Shown here piece by piece: positions 30,412 to 39,783 of a stretch of DNA of 64,000 nt; position 1 is the stretch's first letter; every line of letters starts with the position of its first letter. The notes under the pieces were generated by a model that was given only the letters and a program-made list of their open reading frames with translations, was not told the origin of the DNA and ran no database searches. Both the position numbers and the translations under genes were made by a program. Source of the DNA: Pseudomonadota bacterium (lineage in GTDB: Bacteria > Bdellovibrionota_C > UBA2361 > OMII01); the NCBI GenBank assembly GCA_027485595.1, contig JAIXQT010000075.1, forward strand, positions 44,589 through 108,588, written 5' to 3'.

Positions 30412-30912
30412 ATGGACCAGAAAACGCTCATGTCCACGTTGCATTCAGCTACAGCGAGAGGGATTCAGCTCATCCCACCGGCCATTTTAAGTGAGAGTAT
30501 TGGGTCGATCGGACTCAAAGATCCGTTGACCATCGCTCCAACAGCCACGCTGCAAGAGTGTGTCGAAACGATGCAGTCGCATCGTGTTGGAAGCCTTCTT
30601 GTAACAGATTTAAACGGTAAGTTAATTGGGATCTTCACTGAGCGTGACCTTCTCCTAAAGGTGATGGGAAAGGTTGCTGATCTTTCTAGCCGTACGGTCG
30701 CCGACTTTATGACCAAGGACCCGGTTCGTGAAAAGCCGGAAGCGTCCCTTGCCTTCGCGCTGAGCGTCATGTCGCACGGCGGATTTCGACATGTGCCGAT
30801 CGTTGATCAGGATGAGGTTCCTATCGGTATTGTGTCCGTTAAGGATGTTGTCGATCACTTTGTGCGGAGGATGCTCGATGGGATCTTCGCGTCGGTGGAT
30901 ACGATTTTGTAG
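30412..30912 (+). CDS. CBS-domain pair protein
   Basis: LIGIFTERD, FRHVPIVD, GIVSVKD. Confidence 0.9.
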   Translation: MDQKTLMSTLHSATARGIQLIPPAILSESIGSIGLKDPLTIAPTATLQECVETMQSHRVGSLLVTDLNGKLIGIFTERDLLLKVMGKVADLSSRTVADFMTKDPVREKPEASLAFALSVMSHGGFRHVPIVDQDEVPIGIVSVKDVVDHFVRRMLDGIFASVDTIL

Positions 30913-31071
30913 GGGGGTAAAAGGCGTGATGACTCGTGATCGGAAGGGCGACGATTCCTGGTCTCCGGAAAATAGGGAATTGTGAAAGACTCTTGCCTGT
31001 CGTGATGTGGCGACCAGGAATGGTCGCTCTCCGAAGCCGCGAATTCGTATCATTGCTATGAGGCCAAGGAC

Positions 31072-31103
31072 AAAAAAAGGGCCACCCGAAGGTGGCCCTT
31101 TTT
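31072..31103. terminator. Bidirectional intrinsic terminator between the CBS gene and hppA
   Basis: A7-GGGCCACC-CGAA-GGTGGCCC-T5; on the minus strand a C(UUCG)G loop followed by U7. Confidence 0.85.
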
Positions 31104-31119
31104 CGTGGCTTGAACCGGA

Positions 31120-33192
31120 TTATGAAATCCAGATCTTCGCCAAAACTGGTGCGATGAGGAGGGCCAAGATAGACACCATCTTGATCAAGATGTTGAGAGA
31201 TGGGCCGGAGGTGTCCTTGAACGGATCGCCTACGGTGTCACCTACAACAGCTGCCTTGTGAGCGTCTGATCCCTTCTTCTCGCCCTCAACGAGCCCTTGC
31301 TCGATGTACTTCTTGGCGTTGTCCCATGCGCCACCCGTATTTGCCATAAAGATTCCAAGAACTACTCCCACAATGGTTGTTCCAAGGAGGAGTCCAGCGA
31401 GAGCTGCAGGGCCCATCACCAATCCGACGGCGATCGGGGTGATAAAGGCCACCAAACCAGGAGCGCGCATCTCGGTGAGAGCCGCCTTGGTTGAGATCTC
31501 CACGCATCGAGAAACGTCAGGCTTAACGCCCTCTCGTCCCTCAAGGAGGCCCGCGATCTCGCGGAACTGACGACGAATCTCCGTTACGATCAGTCCGGCA
31601 GCTTTACCTACGGACTGCATCGTGAACGCAACGATGAGGCCTGGAAGCATCGCGCCGATGAACACTCCTACGAGGAGGGTCGGGTTCGTGATAGCCAGGT
31701 CGACCTTGCCCGCTGGAAAGCTCTGGGTGAACGCTCCGAACACCGCGAGCGCTGTGAGTCCCGCGGATCCGATCGCGAAGCCCTTACCGATTGCGGCGGT
31801 GGTGTTGCCAAGGGCGTCGAGCTTGTCCGTGATATCACGGGTCTCTTTGCCAAGTTGGGCCATCTCAGAGATTCCACCTGCGTTGTCAGCGATAGGACCG
31901 TAGGCATCGATCGTCATGATGATACCGGTTGTCGCGAGCATCGCCACACCAGCGATCGCCACACCGTACACGCCACCGAAGGAATTCGAGACAAGAACAG
32001 CCGCTACGATGATGATGAGAGGGAGCGTTACGCTACGGAATCCAACCGCGATACCGTTGATAACGCAGGTAGCTGGGCCGGTCTTCGACGCGTTTACGAT
32101 CTCATACACCGGCTTCGACGAGGTGTAGTACTCCGTAGTCAAGCCGATTCCGATACCACAGAAGGTTCCGAAGATTACCGGAATCCAGAGCGATACGTTG
32201 ACTGGCGTAACTAAGAAGAAGCCCAAGGAAGCGATGATGAAGAGGACTGACGCGAGGAGGATCGTTGTCCGCAACGCCTTCGCTGGGTCTCCGTCCTTGA
32301 GGAACGACATCCACTTGATAGCGATGAAGGAACCGATCGATCCTAGGAGTCCAAGGATGAGCGGCGTAGCCATCAGCCATATCTTGTAGCTCTCAACCGT
32401 CGCTGGGTCGCCAGCGTAGCTGGTGAGCGTTTGAAGGTCTGCCACGCTAATTGTAGCGGCGAGAGCCAAGCAACCGATGAGACACGTTACGTATGACTCG
32501 AAGATGTCGGCGCCCATTCCGGCTACGTCACCTACGTTGTCACCTACGTTGTCAGCGATAACGCCAGGGTTTCTGGGGTCATCTTCCGGAATTCCAGCCT
32601 CAACCTTACCAACGAGGTCAGATCCTACGTCAGCGGCCTTGGTGTAAATTCCTCCACCCACGCGAGCGAAGAGCGCTACTGAGGATGCTCCCATCGCGAA
32701 TCCTATGATCGGCTCATGGTGAGCGGGAGTGCCGAAGATAAGGAAGAGAACACCTACACCGATAAGTCCGAGGGCTGCTACCGAGAGCCCCATGACGGCG
32801 CCACCGTTGAAGGCGGTCATGAGCGCTTGCCCTGGCTGAGCCTCAGAGGCTGCCTGAGCGGTGCGCACGTTAGAGAGGGTTGCTGACTTCATTCCTAAGT
32901 ATCCAGCAAGAAGCGAGCTACCTGCTCCGAACACGAACGCGAGCGCTGTTGGAAGCTGCAATGCCCACCAGATAACAAGAAACGCGCCGATGATGAACAT
33001 CGAGAGGTACTGAGCTTGCTTACGAAGGTATGCGATAGCGCCATCACGGATCGCGGCGCTGATCTCTTGCATGCGAGCGTTGCCCGCAGGAAGAGCTTGG
33101 ATGCCGACGTACAACTTGTACGCGAGCGCGAATCCAATTAAGCCGAACAGCGGAATGGCCCAACTGAAGAGGGACAAAGAGAATGCTTCCAT
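31120..33192 (-). CDS. hppA: Membrane-bound ion-translocating pyrophosphatase (K+-dependent signature)
   Basis: GGGIYTKAADVGSDLVGKVE, DNVGDNVGD, GNTTAA, GDTVGDPFKD. Confidence 0.96.
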   Translation of the reverse strand: MEAFSLSLFSWAIPLFGLIGFALAYKLYVGIQALPAGNARMQEISAAIRDGAIAYLRKQAQYLSMFIIGAFLVIWWALQLPTALAFVFGAGSSLLAGYLGMKSATLSNVRTAQAASEAQPGQALMTAFNGGAVMGLSVAALGLIGVGVLFLIFGTPAHHEPIIGFAMGASSVALFARVGGGIYTKAADVGSDLVGKVEAGIPEDDPRNPGVIADNVGDNVGDVAGMGADIFESYVTCLIGCLALAATISVADLQTLTSYAGDPATVESYKIWLMATPLILGLLGSIGSFIAIKWMSFLKDGDPAKALRTTILLASVLFIIASLGFFLVTPVNVSLWIPVIFGTFCGIGIGLTTEYYTSSKPVYEIVNASKTGPATCVINGIAVGFRSVTLPLIIIVAAVLVSNSFGGVYGVAIAGVAMLATTGIIMTIDAYGPIADNAGGISEMAQLGKETRDITDKLDALGNTTAAIGKGFAIGSAGLTALAVFGAFTQSFPAGKVDLAITNPTLLVGVFIGAMLPGLIVAFTMQSVGKAAGLIVTEIRRQFREIAGLLEGREGVKPDVSRCVEISTKAALTEMRAPGLVAFITPIAVGLVMGPAALAGLLLGTTIVGVVLGIFMANTGGAWDNAKKYIEQGLVEGEKKGSDAHKAAVVGDTVGDPFKDTSGPSLNILIKMVSILALLIAPVLAKIWIS

Positions 33193-33512
33193 GTCTAAAC
33201 TCAACTTTTAAATGTCATGATTCATTGGCCCACGACCAAACCGTCTGATGTGAGAAAGCTCTTTGAGTGCGCGGTAACCACAAACTCGGACGAGCCCTCG
33301 GATGCATCTATACAGCATGGTCGTAAGTGCCTGAAACTACAGGCCTGGCGATTCTAGCCGTATTAGATAGAGAGTCAACCGGAATATGTTGAGGTGGGGA
33401 GGTGTCAGAGGTTAGATGTGTGGGGCATGTGGGGCATGTGGGGCAGGGGGAGGGAGCGATCGGGGGCGACCCTCTTCCGGTCGCCCCCAAACCTGGGCTC
33501 GGACGGCGTGTC

Positions 33513-34049
33513 CTATCGCCGCCGCTCAGGTCGCTCAGGTCGTTCCGGCCGCTCCGGCTTTTCAGTCCTTGGGCCAGCCACGTCATCTCGTCCACGTCCC
33601 CGAGCCCCGCTGTCTCCATCGCCCAGGTTCGAGGGTGCCGGGGAGTCCTCTCCACTGGTCTCGTCACTCGTCTCTTCAGTGTCCTTAGGGGCGCAGGTCG
33701 CCTCTTCCGCGGTTACCAAGGCGACCCGAAACTGCGAAAGGTTTGCTTTGGTGAGTATCTTTACCTTAGCGAGAGCCTTAAAGGCTGGGCCAACCTTGCC
33801 ACCTGCTTTACGGAAGCACGCATGGCATGTTTCGGCATCAGCGGCAGGCGCACAGGTGTCCCTAATAGTTGCCACCACTGAATCTGCCGAGACGTAAGCG
33901 CCTGAAACGGCGCACCCCAAATTATTGAGAGCCTCGGTCACTGTCTTCAATGAGCACTGTTGGTCTGATTGCCCGAGTGCGGGTTGGAGGGGAAGAGCTA
34001 TGGTTCCGATGAGGCTCAGTGTTGCGATAACGGAAGTTCTTAGGTTCAT
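33513..34049 (-). CDS. Secreted Cys-containing hypothetical protein with charged low-complexity tail
   Basis: Signal peptide MNLRTS...ALG, six Cys, PER repeats. Confidence 0.6.
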   Translation of the reverse strand: MNLRTSVIATLSLIGTIALPLQPALGQSDQQCSLKTVTEALNNLGCAVSGAYVSADSVVATIRDTCAPAADAETCHACFRKAGGKVGPAFKALAKVKILTKANLSQFRVALVTAEEATCAPKDTEETSDETSGEDSPAPSNLGDGDSGARGRGRDDVAGPRTEKPERPERPERPERRR

Positions 34050-34233
34050 GGGAATCCTTCTGTTTGGTTGACCTCTTTGACCCAGCAAGCTTTGGGCCAC
34101 GCCTAGGTACGATATGGAACAACCACCTTAATGGGGGTTAGCTGGGTGGTTGTTGGAACTGGTGTTCACAGCTGAGAACACTTTGCGGAGAGCTTCACGT
34201 CAAAAGGAACTTCCATGGGGTGTGGCTTGACTG

Positions 34234-37200
34234 TTATGGGAGCAGCGTTTGGTGCAGGTTTTGCGAGCGAATGAGTGAGTAGTGAGCAGGGATAGTAAAG
34301 AGGGGTGTGTTTCTCTCACCCTGTCGCAGGAGACGTCGGTACACCGTTCGGGATTCGTTGTCGACCCAGAAGATCCCTGGGGCCTGTGTAAGTGCGTCTG
34401 TTAAAAATATACCTGTCGAAATGGTAGCGCTTCGGGCCACATAAAACAGTGGAAACGCGAACGTCCCCGCTAAGGTCGTTATACGCATCTGTCGGCCATT
34501 GTTGTTGGTGCCACCCAATATCGCGAGTAAGGGAACTTCAGAGCTACCGCGACGAACAACGAAACCTCGGAGAAATGGGTTATAGCTGTGCGCGGCGATT
34601 CGCTTGCCGGATAGATCGAACGCCGCGACACCGGGCTTGCGTCGATCGCCTCTCGCTACCTTAAAAATAATTTCATCTACTCCATCAGAGTTGATATCCC
34701 CACACCCGATCAGATCTCCGGAAAGGGATCTGGGGAGCTCGGTCACGCGCTTACTCGGAGAGTTATAGGCCCTCGTGTGCAGCTTCCTCTCGGCTCTATC
34801 GTAGACCGCCAACGATGAGCCGGTCTGTGTGGTGAATGAACAGCCGGTGATGACGGTGTCCCCAGAGCTTCCAAAGCTGACGCTTTGAATATCCCCTAAT
34901 GAAGAGAGTTTAATATTCCACCTGAGACCTGCCTCGGTAACCGCAACGGCAGCCAGGTCAGTGGTTCCGTCGCCATCGTAGTCAGCCGGCACTGGGTAGC
35001 GCCCCTCCACGGTCGTTGAGGACCACATGCTGTCCCGAGTGTGGCGACTCTTAAAGGTGACAGCGGCTCCTGTTGTACGCGATACGGTGATAGCTGTATC
35101 GCCCGTCCCATCGAAGTCGAGGGGAGCAGCCTCAACGACAACGACTGATGTCGCCTCGGATGGTGCGCTTCTACCTCCGTTTTCCGCGATAAAGGTAGTA
35201 ACGATTTGGTGTCGACCCGCGGCAAGCGTTGGTAACGTAAACTCCCATGTCCCCGCTTGAGACATCATTCCTTGAGCACCCCTTTCCGAACCGGATATCA
35301 CGGTCGTTCCAACCACGATGCCGTTGATCGCGATCTCCACGACATGTCCCGGAATACCGGTTCCTGAGAGTGTGACCGCTTTTTTGTTCGTGATCACCGG
35401 TTGTGTCCCGTATTCGGCATCAGGAACTCCGATACGAGCTTGAGCTGGTGGGACGATCGTTGGCGTGAGTGTTGGGGTTACGGTTGCCGTTGGGGTAGGG
35501 GTGGCTGTTCTGGTGGAAGTTGGAGTTGGTGTCGATGTTGGAGTTGCGGTGCTCGTTGGAGTCGAAGTTGATGTGGCGGTGGAGGTTACCGTAGGGGTGG
35601 GCGTCCAGAGAGCGCACGTGCTCGGCTCCCCAACGCATGAGAAACCCGCGTCCTGTCGGCAGGTATTAGAGCATCCGTCCGCGACAGCCGAGCCCGCGTC
35701 TGTGTAGCGGCCGACAGTGATATTCCCTTGGAAGATACTTTCAATCGTAAAGAGAATTCCTAATGAGGAGATCGTAGCAGCTCTCATATACGACACGGGT
35801 AGTCTCGATGACGTGCCGTAGGTGGTATCGAGTTGACCACTAGAAGAGTAGCGATACACGCCCGCCAGCCAACCAGTATTTCCGACAAGCACACTGCCGT
35901 TACTCTGTGGAAGGGCATAGAGCGCATTGCCGACAGAATCTAAAATTTCAACCGTGCCACCACTCCCCCAGGTTGTATCAGTTGTTCCGTCAGCATTGAG
36001 ACGAAGAACCTGCCCGGCGTACCCACAATCCTCACAATTTCTTGTCACATGCAGGGAGATAAGGAGCTTTCCATCGGTAGTAAGCGCGAGGTGATTCGTT
36101 TGAACGTAGTCCGGGTATAGGGATATGGTGCGCACTCCATTGGTGCCGAAGGAGGTGTCGAGCGTGCCATCAGAATTGTATCGTGCAAGCCCCGCTCGAT
36201 ACTCACTCCCTTCCACGACAGTTCCGGCTACCACTATCTTTTGGTCACCCTGAATCGCTACGGCAAAAGCATCGCCACCTGTTCCCCACGGCAGGAGCAG
36301 AGCCTTGCCATCGCCATCGAATGTTGAATCCAAGGAGCCATCAGCGTTGTAACGAACGACGCAAAAGCGAGAGTCGGCCGTGCCGGCCACAACGATCTTT
36401 CCATCAGCTTGGACGGCTATCGCTCGAGCGTAGGCTTGCGTTGACCCGACCTGTGTTAACACCTGACCGTCGCCATCGAACGTTGTGTCGAGGACTCCTG
36501 CTGACGTCAGACGAATGAGGGCGAGCCGGCTCACCCCTCCGAAAGTTGCGCGCGCTGCCCCGGCCATGAGGATCTTGCCATCTTGTTGTACTGCTATTCG
36601 GCCGATATTGGTTGAAAACGCTACCGGGATGAGCGCCTGTCCGGTGCCGTTAAATGTTGTGTCGAATTCTCCCTGGGCGTTAATGCGAAAAATACCCCAC
36701 TGGTTGTCTCCGCCGCTTCCCGAAACGCTTGCGCCCACAACCACCTTGCCACCGGGATAAGGTTGAGCGTCTGAGGGTGAAACGAATGTTGCGGACGAGA
36801 TCGAGAAGGATCGGGGATTTGACGCTGCGTCGTCGCACTCCTCCGCGCCTCTCACTAATCCATCGCCGCAGACCGGAGAGCAAGATGTGCCGGTGCAGGT
36901 GTAGCCCGCTTCTCGTGCGCAGGTGCTTGAGCATCCATCGCCAGATGTTGTGTTACCATCATCGCATGTTTCTGGCGCTGTTGTTTGAGAATCTCCACAA
37001 TCGCAGGGATCTCCGATGCCGTCGTTGTCATAATCCTGATTAGATTCGGCTACCAGAGCTGGGCAGAGGTCACAGGCGTCTCCATGATAGTCCCCATCAG
37101 AGTTGGCCTGATCGACGTTCGAGATCGTTGGGCAGTTGTCAACGTTGCCGCACAACCCGTCCCCATCAACATCGTTGTTAGAAGATAACGGGCAGGTGTC

Positions 37201-37428
37201 GCACTCATCCCCGCGGCCATCAAGGTCGTTGTCCACCTGCCAGCAGCCATCGTCACAGACCTCAGGGTTGTAAACTCCGGGGCAGTTGTCCCAACTATCG
37301 TCCACGTAATCTCCGTCAGCATCTACCGCCCAGGCCATGGTGGGAGCCGAAAACATAAGGAACAACGCGACAATGGCGTGGATCCATTTTGATGGTGCAG
37401 TGGCTTCAAGGTAGGGGGAACGCATCAT
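34234..37428 (-). CDS. Modular surface protein: TSP3 repeats, Cys-rich repeats, delta-60 propeller, PT linker, Ig-like and FG-GAP-like domains
   Basis: DxDGDxxxDxxDNCP; CGDG..EECDD; AVQADGKIVVAG...RYNADGSLDSTF; PVPADYDGDG. Confidence 0.85.
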   Translation of the reverse strand: MMRSPYLEATAPSKWIHAIVALFLMFSAPTMAWAVDADGDYVDDSWDNCPGVYNPEVCDDGCWQVDNDLDGRGDECDTCPLSSNNDVDGDGLCGNVDNCPTISNVDQANSDGDYHGDACDLCPALVAESNQDYDNDGIGDPCDCGDSQTTAPETCDDGNTTSGDGCSSTCAREAGYTCTGTSCSPVCGDGLVRGAEECDDAASNPRSFSISSATFVSPSDAQPYPGGKVVVGASVSGSGGDNQWGIFRINAQGEFDTTFNGTGQALIPVAFSTNIGRIAVQQDGKILMAGAARATFGGVSRLALIRLTSAGVLDTTFDGDGQVLTQVGSTQAYARAIAVQADGKIVVAGTADSRFCVVRYNADGSLDSTFDGDGKALLLPWGTGGDAFAVAIQGDQKIVVAGTVVEGSEYRAGLARYNSDGTLDTSFGTNGVRTISLYPDYVQTNHLALTTDGKLLISLHVTRNCEDCGYAGQVLRLNADGTTDTTWGSGGTVEILDSVGNALYALPQSNGSVLVGNTGWLAGVYRYSSSGQLDTTYGTSSRLPVSYMRAATISSLGILFTIESIFQGNITVGRYTDAGSAVADGCSNTCRQDAGFSCVGEPSTCALWTPTPTVTSTATSTSTPTSTATPTSTPTPTSTRTATPTPTATVTPTLTPTIVPPAQARIGVPDAEYGTQPVITNKKAVTLSGTGIPGHVVEIAINGIVVGTTVISGSERGAQGMMSQAGTWEFTLPTLAAGRHQIVTTFIAENGGRSAPSEATSVVVVEAAPLDFDGTGDTAITVSRTTGAAVTFKSRHTRDSMWSSTTVEGRYPVPADYDGDGTTDLAAVAVTEAGLRWNIKLSSLGDIQSVSFGSSGDTVITGCSFTTQTGSSLAVYDRAERKLHTRAYNSPSKRVTELPRSLSGDLIGCGDINSDGVDEIIFKVARGDRRKPGVAAFDLSGKRIAAHSYNPFLRGFVVRRGSSEVPLLAILGGTNNNGRQMRITTLAGTFAFPLFYVARSATISTGIFLTDALTQAPGIFWVDNESRTVYRRLLRQGERNTPLFTIPAHYSLIRSQNLHQTLLP

Positions 37429-37752
37429 GAGCTACAATCCTTCGCACCATAAGGTCGGCTCCCCTGGCCTGTTTCTTGAGGATTAAAAGCCCCTTAGGAC
37501 GGTAGGTGTTCTTGGGAGTGCGTTCGATTTGTACGAGACGGCTCTGCAGGAGAGATTGCGCCTATCTAAAGCCCTGGAATGTCTATGGTATGTGGTTGAT
37601 GTGAGCGTGGACTGGTTAGCCGCGGGCGGTGCCCCACACCCTGTCAGGGGGTGGGGCACCTTAGAGGCTCTGGTGGGGTACGTACCTTGTAGCACAGCAG
37701 GCCGCCCCCCTTCAGAGATGGCTACTTTGCATGGACTTCCCCACTAGGGGAT

Positions 37753-39426
37753 CTAATGGGTGAGCTTCTTGTACTTGATGCGGTGCGGAGTTTCAGCGTC
37801 AGCTCCAAGACGTCGACGCCGATCGGCTTCGTAGTCTTGGTAGTTACCCTCGAACCACACGACATTACTGTCACCCTCGAACGCGAGGATGTGGGTCGCG
37901 ATTCGGTCAAGGAACCACCGATCATGGCTTATCACCACCGCGCATCCAGCGAAGTTAAGGAGAGCTTCCTCAAGCGCTCGGAGCGTGTTGACGTCGAGGT
38001 CGTTCGTCGGCTCGTCGAGTAGGATGACGTTTCCGCCTGCTCGAAGCATCTTCGCCATGTGCACACGATTACGTTCTCCACCGGAGAGCGCTCCCATGAG
38101 TTTCTGTTGATCCTGGCCACCAAAGTTGAAGCGAGAGACGTAGGCTCGGCCGTTAATCTCGCGAGTGCCGAGTTTGATAATATCATCGCCCCCAGTGATC
38201 TCTTCAAAGACCGAGTTCTTATCGTTGATCGCTTCGCGGCTCTGATCCATGTAGGCGAGCGATACTGTTTCTCCGACCTTGAAGGTTCCGTTGTCAGCAT
38301 TCTCTTTGCCGGTGATGAGCTTGAAGAGGGTCGTCTTACCGGCGCCGTTTGGCCCGATGATACCCACGATACCTCCTCGAGGGAGGTTAAAGCTCAAATT
38401 CTCAAAGAGAACTTTGTCGCCGAAGGATTTTGAGATGCCATCAGCTTGGATAACAACTTCACCGAGACGAGGTCCCGGTGGGATGTAAAGCTCAAGGTCA
38501 TCAACCTGCTTGGACTGCTCTTGATTGAGAAGCTCCTCGTACGCTTTGATACGGGCCTTCGACTTAGCTTGTCGAGCGCGAGGGGATTGTTGAATCCACT
38601 CAAGCTCTCGAGCGAGGGTCTTCTGTCTCTTCGACTCCGATTTCTCTTCAAGCTCAAGTCGGTTCTTCTTCTGTTCAAGCCACCCTGAGTAGTTGCCTTC
38701 CCAAGGAACTCCGTGTCCGCGGTCGAGCTCAAGGATCCATTTCGCGACGTTGTCGAGGAAGTATCGATCATGGGTAACGCAGAGGACTGCGCCCGGATAC
38801 TCACTCAAATGTCGCTCAAGCCACGCGACTGATTCCGCGTCGAGGTGGTTGGTTGGCTCGTCAAGGAGGAGTACCTCTGGTTTCTCAAGGAGGAGTTTGC
38901 ACAACGCAACGCGACGCTTCTCTCCACCCGAGAGGTTCTCAACGCTTGAGTCCCCTGGGGGACATCGAAGCGCGTCCATCGCGATGTCGAGGGTGCGATC
39001 AAGATCCCACGCGCCGCACGCGTCGATCTTATCTTGAAGCACTGATTGCTTGTCGATGAGCTTCTCCATCTCCTCTGGGGAGATATCCTCACCGAGCTTA
39101 GCGCTGATCGCTTCGAAGTCTTTCAGCAGGGTTGCTGCCTCTTTGCATCCCTCCATGACGTTCTCTTTAACCGTCTTAGTTGGATCAAGCTTTGGTTCTT
39201 GCTCAAGGTACCCGATCGTAAGGTTTGGACGACAGCTGATATCGCCCGAATACTCCTTATCAATTCCGGCGATGATCTTGAGGATACTGGACTTTCCGGA
39301 GCCGTTCAGTCCGACGATTCCGATCTTCGCGCCTTCAAAGAAGGAGAGGGAGATATCTTTAAGAACCTGTTTACCCGGTGGGTACACTCGGTTCACTTTG
39401 TGCATGGAAAAAATAATTGGTGGCAT
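37753..39426 (-). CDS. ettA: Energy-dependent translational throttle ABC-F protein EttA
   Basis: Two ABC cassettes, LSGGE, DEPTN, ARELEW, PRARQAKSKAR. Confidence 0.95.
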   Translation of the reverse strand: MPPIIFSMHKVNRVYPPGKQVLKDISLSFFEGAKIGIVGLNGSGKSSILKIIAGIDKEYSGDISCRPNLTIGYLEQEPKLDPTKTVKENVMEGCKEAATLLKDFEAISAKLGEDISPEEMEKLIDKQSVLQDKIDACGAWDLDRTLDIAMDALRCPPGDSSVENLSGGEKRRVALCKLLLEKPEVLLLDEPTNHLDAESVAWLERHLSEYPGAVLCVTHDRYFLDNVAKWILELDRGHGVPWEGNYSGWLEQKKNRLELEEKSESKRQKTLARELEWIQQSPRARQAKSKARIKAYEELLNQEQSKQVDDLELYIPPGPRLGEVVIQADGISKSFGDKVLFENLSFNLPRGGIVGIIGPNGAGKTTLFKLITGKENADNGTFKVGETVSLAYMDQSREAINDKNSVFEEITGGDDIIKLGTREINGRAYVSRFNFGGQDQQKLMGALSGGERNRVHMAKMLRAGGNVILLDEPTNDLDVNTLRALEEALLNFAGCAVVISHDRWFLDRIATHILAFEGDSNVVWFEGNYQDYEADRRRRLGADAETPHRIKYKKLTH

Positions 39427-39783
39427 GCGGAGAACATACCGCTCTGAGGCGATGCGGGGCAAGGGGAGGCAGGGCCCTTTGTGGCGGCGGGCGCTTTTTA
39501 TGACGCACTGGAATGGGTGATGAAGGGTGTGTGCATACCTCCGGCCTGTGAGGACACAGACTTCGGCGATCAGGAATGACCGCCCTCCCGGTGTTGCGGT
39601 TCATGGTAGGGGCCGTCTCCTGACGAGCCGGAACGCGCGGCACAATAGACCCTAAAATAGAGTGTCGCGATCTGTCGGTGACAGCCCGCTTTAAAAACTA
39701 CGACCTTCAAACATCAACCGCTCCGGCCTAGAGTTCGCGAGCTGTAAACCTAAAAACGGGTCGACCCGATAGTAGGAGGTGCC

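Noticed and set aside
37628-37659. Terminator downstream of ettA
   Set aside because: Strong hairpin GGTGCCCCAC...GTGGGGCACC but no U-tract; role unresolved
39619-39647. Hammerhead ribozyme core (CTGACGA-GCCG...CGGC)
   Set aside because: The required GAAA after stem II is absent (ACAA); fluoride-riboswitch and HDV-like fits also failed
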